IMG/VR virus record: IMGVR_UViG_3300025018_000372
Coordinates: 1 to 32,952 of that record
DNA length: 32,952 nucleotides
Strand: one strand, 5' to 3'
Origin: a virus
Lineage: Duplodnaviria; Caudoviricetes
The notes beneath the pieces are model-generated. The model was given only the letters and a program-made list of their open reading frames with translations, searched no databases and was not told the DNA's origin. Positions 18,258 through 25,024 of the stretch are shown piece by piece. How positions within the stretch are numbered: the stretch's first letter is position 1; every line of letters begins with the position of its first letter. The translations under genes were made by a program, and so were the position numbers.

Positions 18258-18725
18258 TTACCTCGACGTGAAAAGGCGCTTTATCCAGCTCAGCAGCAGG
18301 CTGTCCCAGTTCAAATACCAGGTGCGCGAGATGAGCAATGCGGTGGTGTATTTGTGGTCGATGGGGTTTTTCCCGTTCCAGAACCAGGGGCCGCCAAAGT
18401 GCCGAACCGCCGCGAAATACACCATCACCCGGCGGCGGCGCAGCCAGCGCAGCCACCAGGGGCCACCGGCGGCACTGACCAGCCGCAGCAGGTTATTGCG
18501 AAAGACATCGTCGGCCTCGTTTTTGTCGGCCACAGTTTCACCGGCCACGTACATCCAGTCATGGATGTCGCACGCAGGCGTGATTTTCAGTCCCCAGATG
18601 GTGTCTGGCACCATATCGTTGAGCCAGCCGCCGGGGCCACACCCGTTGGACACCTGAGCGCGCACGTCGGCGCTGGCGGACACATAGGCGGGCGGGGCGT
18701 AGAGATCGACATTAACGGTTTTCAT
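18258..18725 (-). CDS. Phospholipase A2-like / DUF1353-like protein
   Basis: NGCGP..ACDIHDWMY..ADDVF pattern (C-x2-HD-x2-Y) and YFAAVRHFG. Confidence 0.6.
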   Translation of the reverse strand: MKTVNVDLYAPPAYVSASADVRAQVSNGCGPGGWLNDMVPDTIWGLKITPACDIHDWMYVAGETVADKNEADDVFRNNLLRLVSAAGGPWWLRWLRRRRVMVYFAAVRHFGGPWFWNGKNPIDHKYTTALLISRTWYLNWDSLLLSWIKRLFTSR

Positions 18726-19287
18726 TGTGGGCAAAACCCTTTAGACCGTCGCACAGGGCGGTGGCGATCAGGTCTTGAATGTCCTGGTTTTGTAACCAGA
18801 TGCGCTCGGCGGGGTTGGATAAAAACCCCATTTCCACCAGCACCGCCGGGCAGGCGGTGTTTTTCAGTACGTAGAAATTCGATTCCTTGTCCAGGTCGCC
18901 ATCACAGGCGTCTGTGCGTAACCGGCTGGCCGGGAAGACGTCGCGCAGGGCCATACAGATCATGTCGGCGGCAACATCGGCCTGGGTTTCGCCTGGGCTG
19001 GTGAACACTTCCAGCCCGCGCACGCCGGGGCTTGAAAAGCTGTTGCAGTGCAGGCTGATAAACAGATCGGCGTTTGTGAGGCGCTCAATTTGGCAGCGGT
19101 CGGCCAGGGCAACGCCATAGTCTGCGTGGCGGGTCAGGCGGGCGGCCATGCCTGCGGCTTCGACGGCACCGTACAATCGCCGGGCAACGTGCAGATTAAT
19201 ATCGCACTCGCGCACGCCGTCGTGAACTGCGCCGGGGTCAGCACCGCCGTGGCCTGGATCAATAAGGATGCGAGTTTTTTTGTTCAT
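18712..19287 (-). CDS. Endolysin, N-acetylmuramoyl-L-alanine amidase (Amidase_3)
   Basis: IDPGHGGADPGA, E at RECD, FISLHCN, AVLVEMGFLSN; start MNKKTRIL after GGGAG. Confidence 0.92.
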   Translation of the reverse strand: MNKKTRILIDPGHGGADPGAVHDGVRECDINLHVARRLYGAVEAAGMAARLTRHADYGVALADRCQIERLTNADLFISLHCNSFSSPGVRGLEVFTSPGETQADVAADMICMALRDVFPASRLRTDACDGDLDKESNFYVLKNTACPAVLVEMGFLSNPAERIWLQNQDIQDLIATALCDGLKGFAHNENR

Positions 19288-19346
19288 GGCAGCTCCCTGA
19301 GGGTTGGAATAAACTACCAATGTAGAGCGGCGAGGGAAGTTGAACA

Positions 19347-19364
19347 GCGTCATTTATTTGACGC
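19347..19364. promoter_or_regulatory. Dyad between divergent lysis and + strand operons; candidate Mor/C activator site
   Basis: GCGTCA-TTTATT-TGACGC perfect inverted repeat near the middle of the 128-bp divergent gap. Confidence 0.4.
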
Positions 19365-19415
19365 CTTGCGCGCGGGGTATTTTAGCGGCGTGGGGGGCAC
19401 ATTTCAGGAGGCACC

Positions 19416-19742
19416 ATGGAGCAGTTGGCGGATTTTTACCGCGGAGCGACAAAACGCTGGCGCATAGAGTTTAGCGAGAACATCGCCGGGTCGGCGATTT
19501 ACTTCAGAATGGCGCGGTCGCTGTCGCAGTTGGCCCCCGACATTGAAGTGGCGGCGACCCTGGACACGCCGGATGTCGAGGGCGCGGTGTTTGGGGCAAC
19601 GCTGGAAATCAGCGCCGAGCTGTCGCTGTCGGCCCCTGCGGGTGATTATTATGCCGAGCATCAATGGGTGACCGCCAGCGGCGACTCGCTGCCGTTTTTG
19701 AACCAGAAAATAGCTCTGAAACTGGGCGTGCCACGGGCATAA
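19416..19742 (+). CDS. Stand-alone BppU-N/Ig-like adaptor domain protein
   Basis: AGGAGG RBS; FYRGAT..W.I.F...AGDYY.E.QW..SG pattern resembles fibre-attachment N-domains. Confidence 0.5.
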   Translation: MEQLADFYRGATKRWRIEFSENIAGSAIYFRMARSLSQLAPDIEVAATLDTPDVEGAVFGATLEISAELSLSAPAGDYYAEHQWVTASGDSLPFLNQKIALKLGVPRA

Positions 19743-19743
19743 C

Positions 19744-20340
19744 ATGGAGACAATCCGCGTTAGCTCCAGCGCCGTCACCCTGACACCGCAGCTCCCTGCG
19801 CCGCAAATTGTGCGGCCTGAACTGGTGAGCGAAACCCTCGCTCTGGGTCTGGTGCAACAAAACCTGCGCCTGACGCTGTGCCCGCACAGTGACGGGCCGT
19901 TTCTGTTGCCTGCGCCAGTTCAACCGCAGCTGGTGGTGCCCGTGGTGCAAGAAACGCTGGCGGTGGAGGTTCCGGCGGTGCTAAGTTCCCCGCCGGCGGA
20001 GGTTTTTGCCCCTGCCCCGTTGCCGATTGTAGACCAAGGTGTGACGCGGGGCCGGGCGCTGTTAGACCTGTCGCTGGGCCAGGCGTTCCGCATTAACTGC
20101 CGCTATACCCAGATTATGCAAAACCTCAGCATTGGCACGATCAACTGGCCCACGGGTTTTGTCGAGGTGTTCGTGCTGCTGGAAGCAGTGTCGAGCGTCG
20201 GGTTGCTGGTGGCCTGGGACGACGGAGCGGCTGCACCGCCCTGGCGTGGGTTAACTACGGAATATCGGCTGACCAGCTGGGATGGGGGCGCGCGCGTGGA
20301 TATTGCGCGGGTGGGTGACTACCCGGCGCTGAAACCATGA
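19744..20340 (+). CDS. Fibre-like protein: Pro/Val-rich stalk plus C-terminal fibre-tip-like domain
   Basis: 198 aa; LDLSLGQAF..NWPTG..VLL..W.DGAAAP..YRLTSWDGG. Confidence 0.5.
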   Translation: METIRVSSSAVTLTPQLPAPQIVRPELVSETLALGLVQQNLRLTLCPHSDGPFLLPAPVQPQLVVPVVQETLAVEVPAVLSSPPAEVFAPAPLPIVDQGVTRGRALLDLSLGQAFRINCRYTQIMQNLSIGTINWPTGFVEVFVLLEAVSSVGLLVAWDDGAAAPPWRGLTTEYRLTSWDGGARVDIARVGDYPALKP

Positions 20341-20711
20341 TGAGGCTGATCGAGAATCCGCCGCGCCGCACGCGGCTGTTTGGCCTGCCGTTTGTGGTGA
20401 TTTCGGCGGTTGCGGGGCGTGATATGGTCATTGATATGGCCAGCGCCCAGGGGGTTGCCCTGGATTGTGCCGGGTTGTCGGGCCACGTTATTTTGCGTTT
20501 TTATTTTGACTGGCTGCCCGCCGGGCGGGTGCGGGTGCCGGTGCTGCTGTTTAATGTGCAAAACTATGGCATCACCGCCTGGACGTTTACCGCCGGTGGC
20601 TGGGTGGGGATTGGCCCGGCGCGGTTGGGCAGCAGTGCCTACGAGCTGCGCACCTGGGATCAAGGAGATACGCTGTGCACCCATGCACCCGCCGTGCATT
20701 TTGGCCCTTGA
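20337..20711 (+). CDS. Paralog of the C-terminal domain of the preceding gene
   Basis: ATGA overlap; IDMASAQ..WLPAG..VLL..W..YELRTWDQG aligns by eye with the previous protein. Confidence 0.5.
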   Translation: MMRLIENPPRRTRLFGLPFVVISAVAGRDMVIDMASAQGVALDCAGLSGHVILRFYFDWLPAGRVRVPVLLFNVQNYGITAWTFTAGGWVGIGPARLGSSAYELRTWDQGDTLCTHAPAVHFGP

Positions 20712-20938
20712 TGCTGGGGCTTATGGCGGGCTGTGCGGCACCGGTTGATCTGCCGCGCCGGGTGATGATGCCGCCGGTGGTGGTGCTGGAGGTGCCGGGT
20801 GCCGGGGCGTTTTTCCCCGCGGCGGGCGGCTGCCCGGCGCTGATCGTGGTGCGTGATTTGCGCGACGCGGAGGTCGTTAAACACGAGTCCGGGCACGCGC
20901 TGTATAACGCAGCGGGGCTGCCGCAACCCTACCCCTGA
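20675..20938 (+). CDS. Small lipoprotein with HExxH motif
   Basis: GTG start 7 nt after AAGGAG; TRRAF..LMAG|C lipobox; VKHESGHALY. Confidence 0.55.
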   Translation: MHPCTRRAFWPLMLGLMAGCAAPVDLPRRVMMPPVVVLEVPGAGAFFPAAGGCPALIVVRDLRDAEVVKHESGHALYNAAGLPQPYP

Positions 20939-20951
20939 GCAAAGAGGACAC

Positions 20952-21695
20952 ATGGACAGTTTCACAGTCACCCTGGGCGAGCGGGTACTGACGGTTGCAG
21001 ACAAAATCCTCACCGGCCCGGTTGGGCCTGCGGGGCCTGCGGGGCCTGCGGGGCCTGCGGGGCCTGCGGGGCCTGCGGGGCCTGCGGGGCAGGACGGCAT
21101 TGTTATGTTCGAGGGGCTGGCCCCCGTGCCGCTTCCTGGCGATCTCTATCAGCCCTTGCGCTGTGCCTTTGCCCTGCCCGACCTGAGCGCTGCGCCGGAG
21201 GTGGCAATCAGTGTCCCCTGTACGGAGTTGCCGACGTCGCCGGGGGGCGGGTTTTACCTGTTCCCCGAGCAGGGCAATTTGTTTTTGAGCGAGATTCCCG
21301 AGATTGCGGCGGGCCTTGATTTTAGTGGGCTGTTTTTGCGGCTGTCCCTGACCCATGGGGCGCTGCAACCCGACGGCCAGTGGCTGATTACGACGGCGAG
21401 CGCGCACGGGTTGGCCAGTGATTCAGGTTCGGGGCGCCTGGTGGGAGTCGATGCCGACGGGCTGCTGCTGGATGTGCCCTGTACGCGGGTATCGGCGACC
21501 GAGCTGCTGGTACCGGGGGCCCTGGGGCCGGGGCTGTTTCCAGCCCCGGTGGTGCTGATGGCGGCGCTGACCTTGACCGCTGCTGATCTGTACGCAGGAG
21601 ATGCGGGATTGTTGGCGTTAAACTTTGGCCCGGAACCCCTGCGCGTGCGCCTGGCGGTGCGTGACCCGGCGGCGGTGCATGTAGTGGGGGTGTAG
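20952..21695 (+). CDS. Collagen-repeat fibre-like protein
   Basis: ATG after GAGGA; GPV(GPA)7GQDG followed by a ~200-aa domain. Confidence 0.65.
   Translation: MDSFTVTLGERVLTVADKILTGPVGPAGPAGPAGPAGPAGPAGPAGQDGIVMFEGLAPVPLPGDLYQPLRCAFALPDLSAAPEVAISVPCTELPTSPGGGFYLFPEQGNLFLSEIPEIAAGLDFSGLFLRLSLTHGALQPDGQWLITTASAHGLASDSGSGRLVGVDADGLLLDVPCTRVSATELLVPGALGPGLFPAPVVLMAALTLTAADLYAGDAGLLALNFGPEPLRVRLAVRDPAAVHVVGV
21024..21086 (+). repeat. Perfect 9-bp tandem repeat (GGGCCTGCG)x7
   Basis: Read directly; encodes (GPA)7. Confidence 0.95.
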
Positions 21696-21697
21696 GG

Positions 21698-22045
21698 CTA
21701 CCAGAGCGTGTCTTGGCGTTCGTCCATTTCGGCCTGGCGCACGCGCGCGATGATGTGATAGATGGCGCGCTCGGTGACCTGGAATTTTTTAGACAGCTGG
21801 CGATGGTTGTTGCCGTTGAACAGTCGGTAAATTTCACGATCGCGCTGACTGATCGCCAGGGCGTATCCGGTACTGATATAGACCTGCTCCCCCCCGAAGG
21901 TCTCGCGCACGCCCTCGGCGGCGTCCAGGCCGCTGCGTTCAGCCAATTCGGCGGGCAGTCCCTGGCGCGTGAGGGTATCGCGCACACTGTCGGCAATCGC
22001 GCGGAGCACCTGGACTCCGCGTTTTTCGTCGATTTTGTCACTCAT
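21698..22045 (-). CDS. mor: Mor/C family transcription activator
   Basis: FGGEQVYI..RDREIYRLFNGNNHRQLSKKFQVTERAIYHII. Confidence 0.9.
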   Translation of the reverse strand: MSDKIDEKRGVQVLRAIADSVRDTLTRQGLPAELAERSGLDAAEGVRETFGGEQVYISTGYALAISQRDREIYRLFNGNNHRQLSKKFQVTERAIYHIIARVRQAEMDERQDTLW

Positions 22046-22845
22046 TTGCGCAGCATCTCCTTGATTTTTTGCGCGGCAGCGATGCCGCGCTGGGTGTCTT
22101 CGGCGGTGCGAGCGGGTGCGTCAATTGTTTGCTGGTGCGGCCTGCCGGGCATGTGGGGTTTGAGCGCGGCGGGGGCGGGCCATTCTTTGAGATCGGTTTG
22201 TAACAAGCCTTTAAACGCGGTGTGCAGGCGGGGCCGGTCGATGGCTTCGATAATCAACTGATAGCTGCCGGCGATGGCGACCAGCCAGATGTCTGCGGTG
22301 AGAGTGATGGTATCGGCGGCCGGGGTGCCGGGGCGCGACAGGGCGACCAGGGCCTGTAAACCGGCGGCGATTTCCTGGCGCAGCCAGTTGGTTCCGGCCC
22401 ATTGGTGCAGGGCGGCCAGGGCCTGGGCACGCTTGCCGGTGGGCGCTGGCTGGGTTGTCTGTGTGACATATTCTGTCACGGCGGGAGCCGGGGTGGTGGT
22501 GTTCTCGACCACCCGTTTCAGATAGTTGTGATTGCTCAGCGGTTTGCCTGCGCCTTCCTGCCGCTTCTGGCGCATGGCGGCGGTGGTCTCTTCCAGCGCC
22601 GGGGCCAGCCGGGCCGGGTCAATGCCCAACGCCAGAACTTCAGTTGCCAGCTTCAGCGCCCGCTGGTGGCTCAGGTCACGCGATGCCGGGCGAAAACAGC
22701 CCAGATAACCAACCAGTGGCCGAAACAGCGGGCCGCTTTGCGCCAGCAGCACCAGCAGTTCGCGCCCGGCTTCGTCGGCAGTAAAGGCTTCGAGGCTGTT
22801 CGAGGCGTGGCAGACCGGGCAGCGCAGCTTCAAAGCTTCCTCCAT
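22042..22845 (-). CDS. Conserved Mu-like phage protein with N-terminal CxxC
   Basis: LRCPVCHA..YLGCFRP..PLSNHNYLKRV..WPAPA. Confidence 0.7.
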   Translation of the reverse strand: MEEALKLRCPVCHASNSLEAFTADEAGRELLVLLAQSGPLFRPLVGYLGCFRPASRDLSHQRALKLATEVLALGIDPARLAPALEETTAAMRQKRQEGAGKPLSNHNYLKRVVENTTTPAPAVTEYVTQTTQPAPTGKRAQALAALHQWAGTNWLRQEIAAGLQALVALSRPGTPAADTITLTADIWLVAIAGSYQLIIEAIDRPRLHTAFKGLLQTDLKEWPAPAALKPHMPGRPHQQTIDAPARTAEDTQRGIAAAQKIKEMLRK

Positions 22846-22994
22846 TTACACACCATCACTGGCCCGAGCATCAGCGACCATTCGAGCACGTCGTAGGGCG
22901 CAGTGCAGCGCTCAAAGCCCCAACATTTCCACCAGACACGCAACGGTCCGCCATAGCTGGCGGTGGTGCGGGTATATCGGAACCAGAGGCTCAT
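22830..22994 (-). CDS. Small Trp-rich hypothetical protein (54 aa)
   Basis: ATGA overlap with the gemA stop; fills the gap in the operon. Confidence 0.45.
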   Translation of the reverse strand: MSLWFRYTRTTASYGGPLRVWWKCWGFERCTAPYDVLEWSLMLGPVMVCKWRKL

Positions 22995-23434
22995 TTTTTC
23001 TGCTCCCCGCTCAAGTCCCACCCCTCGCGCTGGGCCTGGTAGCGCAGGGCGGCGATGATTTTATAGAGCTGATGGTCCGGCACCCAGGCGACCTTATCGA
23101 CTTTGCAGATGCGCTTGGCGATGGCGTCGCAGTAGTTCCAGCTTTTGCCGCCGACGGTCAGGAGCGCCTCGATCTTAAGCAGTTGCCCGCTGCGGTTGCC
23201 CTGGATATTGCGCGGGCGCTGGCCCTTTTTACGTGGCGCGCCGCCCTGTTTCCACACCCCGGCGATGGCGGCCTTACTTTCCAGATCGGCCAGCAGCTTG
23301 GCGGCTTCGACGGTGTTCATATCTTTACTGCTGCTCACGCCATATCCGGTCAGTACGGCGCGATAGTCATCATCGCTGAGGCCGAGGGCGCTTTTAACGG
23401 TATGGATCAATTTAATCTGCTTGGGGGTCGCCAT
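22991..23434 (-). CDS. gemA: GemA (Mu gp16, DUF1018)
   Basis: KLIHTVKSALGLSDDDYRAVL..SSKDM..KIEALL motif. Confidence 0.85.
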   Translation of the reverse strand: MATPKQIKLIHTVKSALGLSDDDYRAVLTGYGVSSSKDMNTVEAAKLLADLESKAAIAGVWKQGGAPRKKGQRPRNIQGNRSGQLLKIEALLTVGGKSWNYCDAIAKRICKVDKVAWVPDHQLYKIIAALRYQAQREGWDLSGEQKK

Positions 23435-23573
23435 TTTGATTAACATCCTTTGTTAACATTTTGTACGGGGTGCGTTCGCCGTATTCGGCCTTTTTGCCTT
23501 GGTTCCACTGGCTGACCGGGCGGAAAAACCCGCAGACCCGCGCCCAGACTTCGGTCTTTTCGGCGCATTTCAT
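23412..23573 (-). CDS. Stand-alone NrdD C-terminal (glycyl radical) domain peptide, 53 aa
   Basis: MKCAEKTEVWARVCGFFRPVSQWNQGKKAEYGER matches the class III RNR C-terminal RVxG(Y/F)xRP..WNxGK..E..R pattern; GGAGGA RBS. Confidence 0.75.
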   Translation of the reverse strand: MKCAEKTEVWARVCGFFRPVSQWNQGKKAEYGERTPYKMLTKDVNQNGDPQAD

Positions 23574-23785
23574 TGCGTTGAATCCTCCAGGCGATAAAAC
23601 CACTTGTCGCCCTGGCGGCGGCAGCGGATGTCGAACCCGCCGTGGCGCAGCTCGGCGATGCAGCTGTTGACGGCGCAGACGCGGGCGTAGGCGATAATAT
23701 CGAGGGTGGTGTACTCGCGGCCGTCGCTTAAAACGGCCAGCACGCGCCGCAGACGGTCGCTGTTTTCGATGGTGGCGGCGTTCAT
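23570..23785 (-). CDS. Small winged-HTH protein (71 aa)
   Basis: MNAATIENSDRLRRVLAVLSDGREYTTLDI..VNSCIAELRHGGFDI; GGAGG RBS. Confidence 0.7.
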   Translation of the reverse strand: MNAATIENSDRLRRVLAVLSDGREYTTLDIIAYARVCAVNSCIAELRHGGFDIRCRRQGDKWFYRLEDSTQ

Positions 23786-23886
23786 TTTTTGGTGTACCTC
23801 CGATACAAAAGGCCAATCGCGCAGGCGCAGAGATAGCCCAGGCCAAGGGCGCCCAGGCCGCGCAGGGTGAGTTCCAGGGTGGTCAT
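23782..23886 (-). CDS. 34-aa single-TM peptide
   Basis: MTTLELTLRGLGALGLGYLCACAIGLLYRRYTKK; ATGA overlaps at both ends. Confidence 0.5.
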   Translation of the reverse strand: MTTLELTLRGLGALGLGYLCACAIGLLYRRYTKK

Positions 23887-24062
23887 GGTTGGCCCTTTTC
23901 CATGGCGCAGCGGGGTTTTGCGGCCAGGTGAATGGTGATGCTGGGCAGCTTGGCGCACCCGGCAAGCCGGTCGCGACCGTTGTAGGCGGCGATGAGGCGG
24001 CTGCCGTCAAACCCGTAGCGGAAACTGCGCAGGTGCTGGCATTGTGACGTGCATTTTTTCAT
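23883..24062 (-). CDS. 59-aa Cys-containing hypothetical protein
   Basis: MKKCTSQCQHLRSF..CAK..C; ATGA overlaps at both ends. Confidence 0.5.
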   Translation of the reverse strand: MKKCTSQCQHLRSFRYGFDGSRLIAAYNGRDRLAGCAKLPSITIHLAAKPRCAMEKGQP

Positions 24063-24271
24063 CGTTTAACCCCCTTTTTACGCCGGTTTGAATAGACATA
24101 AATAGCGTCTTCGGTTTCGGCGGTGATGTGATCGCGGATGCGGGTGGCGGCGCTGGTGTTAATGTAGCCGCGCAGCAACAGGCGAGTGACGGCGGAAAAA
24201 TCTTCGGCGTAGTTTTGCGCCAGATCTGCGGGCACGACTTTGGCCAGGGCCTCAACAATCGCGGTGCTCAT
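24059..24271 (-). CDS. Hypothetical protein (70 aa)
   Basis: MSTAIVEAL..VTRLLLRGYI; ATGA-coupled. Confidence 0.55.
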   Translation of the reverse strand: MSTAIVEALAKVVPADLAQNYAEDFSAVTRLLLRGYINTSAATRIRDHITAETEDAIYVYSNRRKKGVKR

Positions 24272-24519
24272 GGGGTGATCCGGGGCACAACAAACCCGCC
24301 TGTGGTGATAATCGCTGGCCCGTCGCAGCGCTTGCATTTCAGGCTGTGGGGCAAGTCGGTATAGCCCTGATGCACCTCCATCCATTTCAGCCCGCAGCTG
24401 GGGTTCAGGCAGACGAAAAAGGTGTGATACTGGTTGGGCAGCTGTGGCCCTTCTTCTTCGGCGGCGGTGGGACAGGCCAGCGCGACGAGGAGGGCGAGGA
24501 CTATCAAGATTTTTTTCAT
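24268..24519 (-). CDS. Secreted/periplasmic protein with Cys pairs
   Basis: Signal peptide MKKILIVLALLVALACPTAA; CLNPSC and CKRC. Confidence 0.6.
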   Translation of the reverse strand: MKKILIVLALLVALACPTAAEEEGPQLPNQYHTFFVCLNPSCGLKWMEVHQGYTDLPHSLKCKRCDGPAIITTGGFVVPRITP

Positions 24520-24546
24520 AGGGTTTTCCCTTTTTTTTGAAAAATT

Positions 24547-24583
24547 CCCGCCGGGGCGAAAGGAGGAGGATCCCCCCGGCGGG
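24547..24583 (-). terminator. GC-rich hairpin, terminator-like, downstream of the ribozyme
   Basis: CCCGCCGGGG/CCCCGGCGGG stem followed by AATTTTT on the minus strand. Confidence 0.5.
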
Positions 24584-24600
24584 CATGTTTGCTGCTGACT

Positions 24601-24680
24601 GTTGGCTGCTCGTCAGGCTCCGGGCACCACCCCGGAACGATCGACCATTTTCCTGGTGCCAGGAAAACGATCGGTTTCGC
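24601..24680 (-). ncRNA. Hammerhead ribozyme, type II-like
   Basis: Minus strand: GC GAAAC CGAUCGUUUUCCUGG CA CCAGGAAAAUGGUCG AUC GUUCCGGG GUGGUG CCCGGAGC CUGACGA GC AGCCA. Both core boxes and stems I and III are present. Confidence 0.75.
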
Positions 24681-24854
24681 TCATTTTCGGTTGTCGTGAC
24701 GCTGCTCGGCCTGGGCGATGAAATAGCTGATCGCGTCAAAGTGTAGCGGTTCACACCCTGTGGGAGCGGCTTTCAGCCGCGATGCGGCGGATGGCCACTG
24801 GGGCGAGCAGGCGATGATGGCCCAGGCGACGATGACGGCGACCATGGTTTTCAT
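24681..24854 (-). CDS. 57-aa hypothetical protein with signal-like N-terminus, containing an in-frame REP-like copy
   Basis: MKTMVAVIVAWAIIACSPQW..; ATGA overlap with the Lar-like stop. Confidence 0.45.
   Translation of the reverse strand: MKTMVAVIVAWAIIACSPQWPSAASRLKAAPTGCEPLHFDAISYFIAQAEQRHDNRK
24756..24783. repeat. REP-like palindrome, family A
   Basis: 28-bp identity with 10544-10571. Confidence 0.8.
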
Positions 24855-25024
24855 GCCCGCTCATTCCACAGGTCGGCGGCGTCCTGGTGGTTGTCGGCGG
24901 ATGGGCCGGCCGCCCCGCATTCGCCGCAACAGAGCCAGAATCTAGCTGTTTTGGTGTCCTCTTCGTCGTTGCCCCACATTGGGTCACCATTGCCGCAGAA
25001 CGGGCAGGGGTCGATCTCCATCAT
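24851..25024 (-). CDS. Lar-family restriction alleviation protein (57 aa, not in ORF track)
   Basis: MMEIDPCPFCG...CGECGAAGP....AADLWNERA; PCPFCG/CxxCGAxGP/WNxR signature; GGAGG RBS. Confidence 0.8.
   Translation of the reverse strand: MMEIDPCPFCGNGDPMWGNDEEDTKTARFWLCCGECGAAGPSADNHQDAADLWNERA

Noticed and set aside
423-19004. Many overlapping + strand and alternative-frame ORFs across the late genes
   Set aside because: All overlap well-supported minus-strand structural genes and have shadow-like composition.
21024-21086. CRISPR array at this repeat or at the REP-like copies
   Set aside because: No spacers, no regular repeat-spacer period, no cas genes.
19288-21700. Gin-type invertible segment explaining the reversed operon
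   Set aside because: No serine or tyrosine invertase in the genome and no flanking inverted repeats found by eye.
19404-22041. Minus-strand ORFs over the reversed operon, including 20660-21100 with PAG repeats
   Set aside because: The + strand genes have RBSs and coupled starts and stops; the minus-strand collagen-like reading arises from the repeat's symmetry.
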